From Minisyncoccota bacterium (lineage in GTDB: Bacteria > Patescibacteriota > Minisyncoccia > Phycocordibacterales > PALSA-1337), in assembly GCA_028713005.1 (NCBI GenBank), contig JAQTPC010000002.1, positions 36,643 to 100,642 of the forward strand: a stretch of DNA of 64,000 nt, in the 5' to 3' direction. A program made the position numbers and the translations under genes. The notes under the pieces are model-generated. The model was given only the letters and a program-made list of their open reading frames with translations, had not been told where the DNA came from and did no database searches. Numbering within the stretch: the first letter of the stretch is position 1; every line of letters starts with the position of its first letter. Below, one piece after another: positions 50,981 through 59,919 of this stretch.

Positions 50981-51024
50981 ACCCTACCCGCAAAATTCTA
51001 GATAGCGGGTAGGGTTTCTTATTT
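50981..51024 (+). terminator. intrinsic terminator
   Basis: ACCCTACCCGC...GCGGGTAGGGT followed by TTCTTATTT. Confidence 0.75.
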
Positions 51025-51059
51025 GTATATGTGTTGTATTATGGCTTTATTATCCAGAT

Positions 51060-51686
51060 ATGAGTTTTTCCAAACCCCAATTCCTCATTGGCATAGATGA
51101 AGTCGGTCGTGGTCCTATCGCTGGACCGGTGGCAGTTGCTGCTTTTTGTATTCCGATTAAAAACCTCATAAAAGTTCGTCGAATTTTCAAAGGTGTCAAA
51201 GAATCAAAACAATTATCTGAACAACAGCGTGAAGGATGGTTTGGCATCATTCAGCAAAGTAAAAAGCTTCGATTAGTGGATTTTGCTGTCACGTTTCAAA
51301 GCGAGAAGGTTATAGATACAAAAAGGTTGTCATTTGCGATCAAGAATGCACTCAAGATTTCATTAAATAAAGTTGTGGCTAATTCAGCTCGTAAGAAATT
51401 AAAAGTCCGTTCAGACTCATTTCAAATTCTTCTCGACGGTGGTCTGAAAGCGCCCATAGAATTCACCAATCAAAAAACGATCATTAAAGGTGATGAAAAG
51501 GAATTGGTTATTGCACTTGCCTCTATTTGTGCAAAAGTACTTCGTGATAGAAAGATGAACCTCTTGGCGAAAAAATATCCTCAATATGGATTTGAGAAAC
51601 ATAAGGGATATGGGACTCGTGCTCATTATGCAGCTATCAAAAAATACGGCATCCTCGCACTTCATAGAAAATCTTTTCTAAACTAA
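51060..51686 (+). CDS. rnhB: ribonuclease HII
   Basis: GIDEVGRGPIAGPV, ESKQL, LLDG, KGDE, ASICAKVLRD, HKGYGT, HRKSF. Confidence 0.95.
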   Translation: MSFSKPQFLIGIDEVGRGPIAGPVAVAAFCIPIKNLIKVRRIFKGVKESKQLSEQQREGWFGIIQQSKKLRLVDFAVTFQSEKVIDTKRLSFAIKNALKISLNKVVANSARKKLKVRSDSFQILLDGGLKAPIEFTNQKTIIKGDEKELVIALASICAKVLRDRKMNLLAKKYPQYGFEKHKGYGTRAHYAAIKKYGILALHRKSFLN

Positions 51687-52162
51687 ATAACAAATACCAA
51701 GAAGATTATAAGAAAGACGATTGCCAAAATAATATTTATAACTATTCCTGTTACTGTTCCAAAAACTCCAACGGTCGCTGCTTTGATAGCGTGAGTATGA
51801 CTTTGTTTGCGTATCAATTCGCCGATAGTGATACCGATGAATAAGCCGACAAATCCGCCGAATAATGGAAAGATGATAGTACCGATGATTGCACCTGCTA
51901 TGCCATAGAGAAATGTTTTACCACGTGCACCGCCATAGTGTGCACCGAGTATACCGGCGAGCTGGTCGATGATTACAGAACAAATAGCTATGATGCCGAG
52001 GACGAGGAGCTCCTTTGTGCTGAGACGGGTGAAATGATCGATGAAGCCATAGATAAGTGCGATGATAAAGAGATAGGGTATACCGGGCAGCATAAAGGCA
52101 ATCGAGACGATGCCAGGAAGCATGAGCAAGGCGGCGATGATGATGAGGGTTGTGGTGATCAT
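51683..52162 (-). CDS. DUF456 family membrane protein
   Basis: Hydrophobic; LPG, GAHYGGA, GAIIG..IFP..GG.VG..IG...GE pattern. Confidence 0.8.
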   Translation of the reverse strand: MITTTLIIIAALLMLPGIVSIAFMLPGIPYLFIIALIYGFIDHFTRLSTKELLVLGIIAICSVIIDQLAGILGAHYGGARGKTFLYGIAGAIIGTIIFPLFGGFVGLFIGITIGELIRKQSHTHAIKAATVGVFGTVTGIVINIILAIVFLIIFLVFVI

Positions 52163-52329
52163 GGGATTAATTATAGCAGAACGGAATCTTGCTTTGGCTA
52201 TGGTGAATCTCGCCCTACGGGCACAGTACAGGTCTCGTATTTTCTCAGAGCATAGCTCCTCGAAAATATACTCGACCTTTTCGATTCCCACCCGTGAGTC
52301 GCGCAGGCGACTCACTCCCGGTCCATTCA

Positions 52330-52354
52330 AAAATCTGCATTAAGCAGATTTTTT
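52330..52354 (-). terminator. terminator downstream of tRNA-Leu
   Basis: AAAATCTGC-ATTAA-GCAGATTTT. Confidence 0.7.
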
Positions 52355-52358
52355 CATG

Positions 52359-52443
52359 TGCCCGGGGTGGGAATCGAACCCACACGGTCTTGCGACCACA
52401 AAATTTTAAGTCTTGCGTGTATAACCAATTTCACCACCCGGGC
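52359..52443 (-). tRNA. tRNA-Leu (TAA)
   Basis: GCCCGGGTGGTGAAATTGGT...CAAGA-CTTAAAA-TTTTG, long variable arm, GGTTCGATTCCCACCCCGGGCA; CCA not encoded. Confidence 0.93.
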
Positions 52444-52509
52444 GGATGTATTCAATAGTTTACAGCTAAAAGTGTAAAGTGCAAATTAGATGTGAGCTAC
52501 TGAATTTTG

Positions 52510-52584
52510 TGGAGGCCACGGGGAGAATCGAACTCCCGCATATTCCTTTTGCAGAGGAACGAATTACCACTTTTCTACGTGGCC
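52510..52584 (-). tRNA. tRNA-Cys (GCA)
   Basis: GGCCACGTAG...TTCCT-CTGCAAA-AGGAA...GTTCGATTCTCCCCGTGGCCTCCA. Confidence 0.93.
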
Positions 52585-52634
52585 GTGCGAACACTCTATC
52601 ATTTTATAGAGGAATCGTCTAACGCTATTTGATG

Positions 52635-52970
52635 CTACTTATTCTCAACTTGGCGCTCAATCTCATCGATACGTTGTCTGTTTTTCTCGCCAACATCGAT
52701 AGCGACTTCAAAGAAAGGTACACGCATCATACGCGCATGTTCTTGAACATATTCACGAAAATCACGTAAACGACGAGTAAAGAAATCCAGCGCAGCTTGT
52801 TCTTGATTTTCAGGAAGGACGGTAAAGAGTATTTTTGCTTTTGACGCTCGTGAGAAAAGCTCAACACTCGTGATGGTGATAAGGGAAGTACGGTTTGATT
52901 CGCGCATGAGAAATTCACTCGCAAGCTCGCGAAGTATCTCTTTTGTTCGGTTTTCAGTTTGATCAGACAT
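52635..52970 (-). CDS. rbfA: ribosome-binding factor A
   Basis: LITITSVEL, MMRVPFFEV.ID, RIDEI; directly downstream of infB. Confidence 0.85.
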   Translation of the reverse strand: MSDQTENRTKEILRELASEFLMRESNRTSLITITSVELFSRASKAKILFTVLPENQEQAALDFFTRRLRDFREYVQEHARMMRVPFFEVAIDVGEKNRQRIDEIERQVENK

Positions 52971-52998
52971 ATTCGTTTAATCTTTATCTTAATTATTT

Positions 52999-54555
52999 TT
53001 ATATTTTCTCGATGGTACGGACTGCTTCGATCTTGTCGCCAACGGCTATTTCCATCTTTGATTCAACCATCATGCCGCACTCAAAACCAATCGCTACTTC
53101 ATCTACTCGCTTCTTCTGACTCTGGAGCTCGCGGATCTTGCCACGACCGATCTCATTTTCACGACGGATGATACGGACTTCTGCTCCAGAAGCAAGAACA
53201 CCTTCCTGCACTTTACCGCCGATAACTTGGCGATCCTTCTCTTTTGAAAATACAGCGAGTATCTTTGCGCGACCAAGCATTTCTTCAATGTACTCTTTTG
53301 GAATCTTTGAAGTAAAGATGTCTTGAACATATTGAATAAGTTCGTAAATGATTTTGAAGTTTTTTACGTTTATTGGAGTAGCAGCACGCTCAATCATAGC
53401 TGCAGCTTTTTTGTCTGGATCAGCATTGAAGCCAATGATAATGATATGTGGATCACCGATAGCGATTTTGACATCGTTTTCATTTATCTCACCGAGACCT
53501 TCTGAAACGATCTTTAATTTCACTCTGTCGTGAGTGATTTTGATGAGCTCGTGCTTGATACCTTCGAGACTGCCGATGACGTCGGTTTTGATGATGACCG
53601 GAATAGTAACTACTTCCAAAGTGCCATCAGTTGGAATAGTGACAACAGGGACTTCCTCAGCTTTTGCTGCTTGAGACTTTATTTTCTCAGTACGTACGTA
53701 TTCTTCACTTATTTTCTCAGCCTCTTTTTTATTTGAAATAGTGACAAAGGGAAGTCCACAGGCAGGAATCTTGCTCCAACCGAGGATCATGACCGGCATG
53801 CCGGCTATACCACTCTCTATTTTTTCTCCTTTAAAGTTATTGATGAAACGGACAGGTGCGAACGCGTCTCCTGAAACAACGAATGTTCCTGTAGTAAGCG
53901 TACCGTTCTTAATAAGGAGCGTAGCTGATATACCTGAACGAGCACTGCGTTCTGTTTCGATGATGACACCGCCTGCAGGATCACTCGGGTTGCTCTTGAG
54001 ATCTGATATTTCAGTGACGAGCATAATCATATCGAGAAGGTCAGAGACACCAGTTCCTTTGAGAGCAGAAATCTCAACGCATGGTATGTCACCACCCCAA
54101 CCTTCGACATAGATTTCTTTTTCACCGAGACTTTCTTTTGTCTTATTTACATTCGCATTTGGCTTGTCGATCTTGTTTATAGCAACGATGAAGGGAATGT
54201 TTTGATCCTTAATATTTTTGTACGCTTCCATCGTTTGTGGTTTGACGCCATCTTCTGCTGAGACGACGAGGATGGCAACATCTGCTGCTTGAGCACCGCG
54301 TTCGCGGATAGAACAGAATGCTGCATGACCAGGTGTGTCGAGGAAGGTCAGCATACTCTTTTTTCCTTCTGCTGTTATATGCTCTACCTGATATGCGCCG
54401 ACGTGTTGAGTGATACCACCTGCTTCGCCAGCTACAATGTTCGACTTGCGGATATAGTCGAGGAGAGTGGACTTTCCATGGTCAATATGACCCATGATGA
54501 CTACCACAGGAGGGCGATTGGTCACATTTTGAGTTGTAGGGGTAGGTTTTGCCAT
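52999..54555 (-). CDS. infB: translation initiation factor IF-2 (lacks the long N-terminal domain)
   Basis: RPPVVVIMGHIDHGKSTLLD, EAGGITQH, FLDTPGH, NKID, GFECG. Confidence 0.96.
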   Translation of the reverse strand: MAKPTPTTQNVTNRPPVVVIMGHIDHGKSTLLDYIRKSNIVAGEAGGITQHVGAYQVEHITAEGKKSMLTFLDTPGHAAFCSIRERGAQAADVAILVVSAEDGVKPQTMEAYKNIKDQNIPFIVAINKIDKPNANVNKTKESLGEKEIYVEGWGGDIPCVEISALKGTGVSDLLDMIMLVTEISDLKSNPSDPAGGVIIETERSARSGISATLLIKNGTLTTGTFVVSGDAFAPVRFINNFKGEKIESGIAGMPVMILGWSKIPACGLPFVTISNKKEAEKISEEYVRTEKIKSQAAKAEEVPVVTIPTDGTLEVVTIPVIIKTDVIGSLEGIKHELIKITHDRVKLKIVSEGLGEINENDVKIAIGDPHIIIIGFNADPDKKAAAMIERAATPINVKNFKIIYELIQYVQDIFTSKIPKEYIEEMLGRAKILAVFSKEKDRQVIGGKVQEGVLASGAEVRIIRRENEIGRGKIRELQSQKKRVDEVAIGFECGMMVESKMEIAVGDKIEAVRTIEKI

Positions 54556-54725
54556 GGTATTGAAGAGAAACTGGGTGGGCCAAGAGGTGCGCGAGAGATG
54601 GCCTATACAGGTAAAAGAGTGTACCAGAATATGGCTTGTTTGACAATGTTTTTTCCGAGTGGTAATGTCGGGCTAAAGAGTGGTTAATGCAAACAACTAA
54701 ATAAAAAATTGAGAAAGATAAAATT

Positions 54726-55064
54726 ATGATTCGTATTGATATCTTCTATTCTGATAACGCTGGTGACCCCGTTCTCACTTTTGGGCAAGTTCAAGCCTTT
54801 TACGAAGCGCTGAAAAGTAAACCCCCGTTTGGAGGTTTTGATCAAAAGCTGAGCGTAAATATGATCAAGTGCGAGGCTCGCTTCGGCCAGCAAGCTAACG
54901 GCATTTCCGTCAATCTTAAAACAGTAGTCATGAAGAATTCACGAGAATTTGTCCTGATTTGGGTGATGGAGGCTTGTCGCTCGCACTTACTGGTCTCCTG
55001 CGGTGAAAAAAGACCGATCTATATTTATTACGCAAATACGCAACAGGAGGTCTGTCTCAATTGA
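54726..55064 (+). CDS. hypothetical protein
   Basis: 112-aa ORF; TTGACA...TAATGT promoter-like sequence upstream, hairpin plus T-run downstream. Confidence 0.55.
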   Translation: MIRIDIFYSDNAGDPVLTFGQVQAFYEALKSKPPFGGFDQKLSVNMIKCEARFGQQANGISVNLKTVVMKNSREFVLIWVMEACRSHLLVSCGEKRPIYIYYANTQQEVCLN

Positions 55065-55140
55065 TTTGGTTCTAACTTAAAGAAGGATGCCTAACCGCAC
55101 ACTTCTTTTTTATTTGACGGTGACGAAATTTTTCGTCACC

Positions 55141-55620
55141 CTATTTTAGTCCCTCCTTCGCCTTCTCCAACGCCTCACGTTCCTCATCTGACAACTCATA
55201 TTCAGACCCATGACCCTTTACTGGTTTTGAAAAGACACTGACATGTTCGCGCGAGTAGAGGCTTGAGACAACAACTCCATCGCCCTCTTCGGTGAGAAAT
55301 GCTGTTGCAAAACTTTGATTACCTCCGCCACCATTGCCTTTGAATGGATTGAAACGAACAGTGTGGACTGACTGCACACTCTTTTTGAGGCGCTTTTCTA
55401 CAGTAGCGAGATATCCCTCCAATTCTTTTTTAAATGATTGGAGCTCATTGAGATCAGATGAGACAGAAGTAAGTGAATCACCGATATGGTTTGAATCTAC
55501 ACCAACGAGGAATTTTTTGAGCTTAAGGTACATCATGATTACCAATACCAAAAGCACGATAGTGAAAAGAGAAAGAATAATAATGGCGATCCAGGTAGGG
55601 TTTGAAAGGATTGATTGCAT
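55141..55620 (-). CDS. DUF4446 family membrane-anchored protein
   Basis: N-terminal TM; VRFNPF..GGNQSFATAFL...GDGVVVSSLYSRE...KP, LSDEEREA. Confidence 0.85.
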   Translation of the reverse strand: MQSILSNPTWIAIIILSLFTIVLLVLVIMMYLKLKKFLVGVDSNHIGDSLTSVSSDLNELQSFKKELEGYLATVEKRLKKSVQSVHTVRFNPFKGNGGGGNQSFATAFLTEEGDGVVVSSLYSREHVSVFSKPVKGHGSEYELSDEEREALEKAKEGLK

Positions 55621-55662
55621 GAGGGGATTATAACATGCTAGTTTATTCTTTAAAGGATCTTT

Positions 55663-55887
55663 ATGGCAAAAATAAAAACTATAAGAACTCGTCACTGGAC
55701 ACCTAGTCCACTTCGGTTTGGTTTGTCATTGGGGAATGTGTTTACTCCTCAAATCAACATGTCTCCCAGCAATCCATTTTTTGGTTTACCCACGAATGGT
55801 CACAATGGATATCATTTGATTGGTTCACGGGGACATTTACATCGCCCTAAACGCAGTTTATTCAATCGCAAGTTCGGCCAGAAATAA
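55663..55887 (+). CDS. hypothetical small protein
   Basis: 74-aa ORF, AAAGGA SD, terminator GTCACACA...TGTGGCGAC-T8 downstream. Confidence 0.4.
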   Translation: MAKIKTIRTRHWTPSPLRFGLSLGNVFTPQINMSPSNPFFGLPTNGHNGYHLIGSRGHLHRPKRSLFNRKFGQK

Positions 55888-55978
55888 TTTTCTTAGTTTC
55901 TCTTTCAATCGTCACACATTCTGTGGCGACTTTTTTTTATCTCGATAATGAGCTATATTACAACACATAGAAACCATT

Positions 55979-57160
55979 ATGTTCAAATCCCGTATATATC
56001 TCGATTACGCCTCACTGACCCCTATAGATCCTCGCGTCACTCGCGAGGTTAAAGCGTATTCGTCATTCTCATATGCCAACCCATCTTCACTCTACAAAGA
56101 AGGGGTGAATGCAAAGAAAGCTTTGGCAGAAGGACGTCAAAAAGTTGCTGACTACCTCCATGCTCATGCTGATGAGATCATTTTTACCAGCGGGGGCACT
56201 GAAGCAAATGCACTTGCCCTTGAAGGTGTCGGGCGCGCGGCAGTTCGTGCCGGTTTCGTAGATCCGATAAATAGTATCAAGCCGCACTATATTATTTCAT
56301 CAATCGAACATTCTTCTATCATCGAGACAGCGAACATGCTGGAAAAACATGGCTGTGAAGTGACGAGACTATCAGTCGACCAGAACGGCACCATCTCGCT
56401 CGATGAACTCAAAAAATCTATCAAGCCGAATACAGTCCTTGTTTCGATCATGATGGTCAACAATGAGATTGGTTCAATTCAACCTATAAAAGAGATTGCA
56501 AAAATTGTAAGAGATATGCGCAAATCCCGAGGCACTGATTCTAAGTATCCACTCCTGCACACTGACGCTGCGCAGGCTCTCTATGAAGAGATAAATATGC
56601 AAAATCTTGGTGTGGACCTTCTAACACTCGATGGAAGCAAAGTATATGGTCCACGTGGTATTGGTGCGTTGTATGTACGTAGAAATACACCAATCGAAGC
56701 GATTATTCTTGGTGGTGGACAAGAAAGTGGTTTGAGATCTGGTACAGAAAATATTCCCGGGATTATGGGGTTTGCGAAGGCGTTAGAATTAAAACAAAAG
56801 GAAAGAGGGAAAGAAGGAAAGAGTGAAAGTGAACGAGTTGCAAAACTACGCACATATTTTATTGATGAAATAAAGAAAGTTCGATCAGATATCAAGGTTA
56901 ATGGTGATTTAAGTAATTCAGCACCTCATATTGTAAACATCTCAATTCCTGGTATAGATAATGAATTTCTCTTATTTAAACTTGATGCAAAAGGCATAGC
57001 GTGCTCGACAAAAAGTTCATGTTTACGCGATGAAGATGAGTCATATGTTTTGAAATCAATTGGTGCAAATAGTGCCACGTCACTCCGCTTTTCATTTGGT
57101 CGTTGGACGACATTTGGCGACATAAAGAGGGCTATCAAGATAATCAGGCTTGCACTATAA
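55979..57160 (+). CDS. cysteine desulfurase (IscS/NifS family)
   Basis: IYLDYASLTP, NPSS, FTSGGTEAN, EHSS, HTDAAQ, SKVYGPRGIG, RSGTEN, STKSSC. Confidence 0.92.
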   Translation: MFKSRIYLDYASLTPIDPRVTREVKAYSSFSYANPSSLYKEGVNAKKALAEGRQKVADYLHAHADEIIFTSGGTEANALALEGVGRAAVRAGFVDPINSIKPHYIISSIEHSSIIETANMLEKHGCEVTRLSVDQNGTISLDELKKSIKPNTVLVSIMMVNNEIGSIQPIKEIAKIVRDMRKSRGTDSKYPLLHTDAAQALYEEINMQNLGVDLLTLDGSKVYGPRGIGALYVRRNTPIEAIILGGGQESGLRSGTENIPGIMGFAKALELKQKERGKEGKSESERVAKLRTYFIDEIKKVRSDIKVNGDLSNSAPHIVNISIPGIDNEFLLFKLDAKGIACSTKSSCLRDEDESYVLKSIGANSATSLRFSFGRWTTFGDIKRAIKIIRLAL

Positions 57161-57192
57161 GTCATATTCTGATACTATCCCTTTCTACACAT

Positions 57193-57555
57193 ATGCTTAT
57201 CATCAGATTACAGAGAACAGGCCGCAAGCACGAACCAACCTTCCGTGTTGTTTTGACTGATTCAAAGAACGGTCCAAAGAGTGGCAAGTACCTCAAGAAC
57301 CTTGGTTGGTACGATAGTCGCCTCAAGAACAAGGCTGATCAGCTCGATACAGAGGCTATCAAGAAGTGGGTTAAGGATGGTGCAAAGCTCTCAGATACTC
57401 TCCATAACTTCCTCGTTTCTCAGAAAGTTATCACTGGCAAGAAGGTTAATGTTCTCCCAAAGAAGACTCCTATAAAGAAAGATGTTCCGCCTGAGGCAGC
57501 AAAGCCTGCAGAAGCAGCACCAGCCCCCGCTCCAGAACCAGCTCCAGTTGCATAG
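57193..57555 (+). CDS. rpsP: 30S ribosomal protein S16
   Basis: MLIIRLQRTGRKHEPTFRVV, LGWYD, WVKDGAKLSDT; Pro/Ala tail. Confidence 0.95.
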   Translation: MLIIRLQRTGRKHEPTFRVVLTDSKNGPKSGKYLKNLGWYDSRLKNKADQLDTEAIKKWVKDGAKLSDTLHNFLVSQKVITGKKVNVLPKKTPIKKDVPPEAAKPAEAAPAPAPEPAPVA

Positions 57556-57599
57556 TTTCAGAAAGGCGCTTAGGCGCTTTTTTGTTATACTGAGTTTAT

Positions 57600-58373
57600 A
57601 TGAATAAAGTATTTATACCGCGTATTGAATTTCAAGACTTTCCCTTAGAAAAAGAATCTGAGTTATTTGTATATTTTCTGAGTGAAAAAAGATGGATTTC
57701 GCTTTTTGAAAAAGTGTACCCGACATTGTGTGAGTCACTTAGGAATGTGAATGATAAAGAGCGCGCGACCCTTATTTGTAAAGATTTTATACGAACATTT
57801 AGAGAGTCAAATAAAGATACTATTCAAACATCAACAGCTCAGCTTCAGACAAAATGGAGTGTATTAAGTGTAGATTTTCTGAAGAATATAGCTGAGCATT
57901 TCCAAACTGACTGGCCAAGGGATAAAGAAGCTATTGCAGGATATATTTCAATTCTTCCTGTTTACCCACGTTTTTTGGATACATACTCATTTTGTGTGGG
58001 GTATAAAGACACCTCTGCTGCCATTGAAACTGTCGCTCATGAAATACTTCATTTTCTGTGGTTTAAGAAATGGAGTGAAGTTTTCCCGGAAGCATCTTCG
58101 AAAGAATTTGAATCACCGCATTTGGTTTGGAGATTGAGTGAGATTATGGATCCGATCATATTACAGTGTCATCCGATGATTAGAGAGTTGATTAAGCCGA
58201 AAAAGTGGGGATATTCATCATTTGCTTCGATTAAAATAGGTGGTGTAAGCATGACTGATCATTTTAAGAAATTATATCTAGATAGTGTCGGCGCAGGTGA
58301 TTCATTTGAAGGTTTTCTGGTAAAAGCACTGAAAGAGGCAGAAAAATATAAAGAGATTATCTCAACTTTTTAA
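57600..58373 (+). CDS. hypothetical protein with an HEXXH metallopeptidase-like motif
   Basis: TVAHEILHF plus downstream LSE; AT-richer than its flanks. Confidence 0.65.
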   Translation: MNKVFIPRIEFQDFPLEKESELFVYFLSEKRWISLFEKVYPTLCESLRNVNDKERATLICKDFIRTFRESNKDTIQTSTAQLQTKWSVLSVDFLKNIAEHFQTDWPRDKEAIAGYISILPVYPRFLDTYSFCVGYKDTSAAIETVAHEILHFLWFKKWSEVFPEASSKEFESPHLVWRLSEIMDPIILQCHPMIRELIKPKKWGYSSFASIKIGGVSMTDHFKKLYLDSVGAGDSFEGFLVKALKEAEKYKEIISTF

Positions 58374-58470
58374 GTATTACTTTTTAACCTTGCGTCAAAT
58401 CATTCCTTTGCTAGAATAGTTATAGTACAGCGAACTGTACACCTTACAAATATAAGATAAGAAAGAATAT

Positions 58471-58821
58471 ATGAACGCAGACCAGCAGTTCCTCGAATAC
58501 GTCATCAAAGCATTAGTAGATGTTCCTGATCAGGTAAAGATCGTTCGCACAGTCGATGAGATGGGTGTTCTCCTCACTCTCGAAGTTGGCGCAGCAGATA
58601 TGGGCAAGATCATCGGTCGTCAGGGCAATACCGCAAAGTCTATCCGCACACTCCTCCGTGTTGTCGGTATGAAGAACAACAGTCGTGTGAACCTCAAGAT
58701 CAATGAGCCAGTCGGTGGTCTCAAGTCAGCAGAACGTATGGCAGCAGCGGCTCCAACATTGTCACCAACTCCTACCTCAAAGACTCTTGATGAGGCTATG
58801 GCAGATCTTAAGCTCGAGTAA
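58471..58821 (+). CDS. khpA: KH-domain RNA-binding protein KhpA
   Basis: LEYVIKALVD, DMGKIIGRQGNTAKSIRTLL. Confidence 0.9.
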   Translation: MNADQQFLEYVIKALVDVPDQVKIVRTVDEMGVLLTLEVGAADMGKIIGRQGNTAKSIRTLLRVVGMKNNSRVNLKINEPVGGLKSAERMAAAAPTLSPTPTSKTLDEAMADLKLE

Positions 58822-58966
58822 ACTGCAAACGGAAATTAGAATAATCGCAACAGAAAGTCGGCTCAGTGCCGATTTTTTGTTTGGGTGAGAATATGATAAA
58901 ATGCTTCTCCACTGTTCTTTCGGTAGCCGTAATATATTTGTTTGAATGTCATCAAAAAGGAGGAAT

Positions 58967-59077
58967 ATGATACACAAAAAAGCGTTTCGTCTGTCACATA
59001 AATTGTTCTTTACTACACTCAGTAATGCACATTACGTTTTTCCACCGATCGTAAAGGCTCTGGTGAGATGGATGTGA
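58967..59077 (+). CDS. putative 36-aa small protein
   Basis: AAGGAGG SD, MIHKKAFRLSHKLFFTTLSNAHYVFPPIVKALVRWM*, terminator at ~59108-59139; below the ORF-track size cut-off. Confidence 0.35.
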   Translation: MIHKKAFRLSHKLFFTTLSNAHYVFPPIVKALVRWM

Positions 59078-59225
59078 TCCATGAGTGAGTCGAATAGATA
59101 CAATCGCAACCTGTGCACAAATTTTGTGTACAGGTTTTTCTTAAACAGGGCCGATTTTCAAAAGAGTATATTTTACCCAAATAAAAATTGCATGAGGTAA
59201 GTCATGCAATTGCGTGTTCCCCGTC

Positions 59226-59819
59226 TCAATTTTTCGGGGCACTGTTTTCAACTTCGTTTGGTGGTTCGACAACTAAACTATGGGGTAAACGTTTAGCGAT
59301 TACTGCAGCATTTTGGACCACAATCTCAACTCTTGGGCTACCATCGCCACGAGTGCCCGTTTCGCAAAACTCATATGATGCCGGCTGAGCTATGAGCGGC
59401 TCAGTTGCATAATAGAGATTTGGGACCAGGATGTGGTCGAGTTCCTTGCAGGTGAATCTGCTTTTGAAGTAGAGGACAACTTCGGCGAGTGCACGTTCAA
59501 TCAATTCATTTTCAGCAACGCCACGACTAAAGCTAATGATAGGGCCTGGCTGTAACTTGCTTGCATCCCACTGGATTTCGTTAGTGATGCACAACTTTTC
59601 ATCTTCAAAACCAAGAATTTGTTTTTGGTCGTGTAGTCGTTCATTGACGATGTGATAGAGCACGGTTAACCCGTTTTCATTTTCAGTTTCGTCTTTTGAC
59701 TGCAAAGACGCCCTGACGAATTCCTTTTTTTCGTGGTCGCTGGAATCATTCCAGTGTTGGACAAAGATCGCTATGCAAAAACTGCCGAGCGCACTGATAG
59801 GAGTCATTGTTGGTGTCAT
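59226..59819 (-). CDS. hypothetical protein
   Basis: 197-aa ORF with GAGGAAGGA upstream. Confidence 0.6.
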   Translation of the reverse strand: MTPTMTPISALGSFCIAIFVQHWNDSSDHEKKEFVRASLQSKDETENENGLTVLYHIVNERLHDQKQILGFEDEKLCITNEIQWDASKLQPGPIISFSRGVAENELIERALAEVVLYFKSRFTCKELDHILVPNLYYATEPLIAQPASYEFCETGTRGDGSPRVEIVVQNAAVIAKRLPHSLVVEPPNEVENSAPKN

Positions 59820-59919
59820 AGTTCTATTCCTTCCTCTTTGAATCTAGGCGATGCGGATGATAGCGTCAATCTTGTCTAAAGCATGAAAATGTAGTATACA
59901 TGAATATACAATTACCTTT

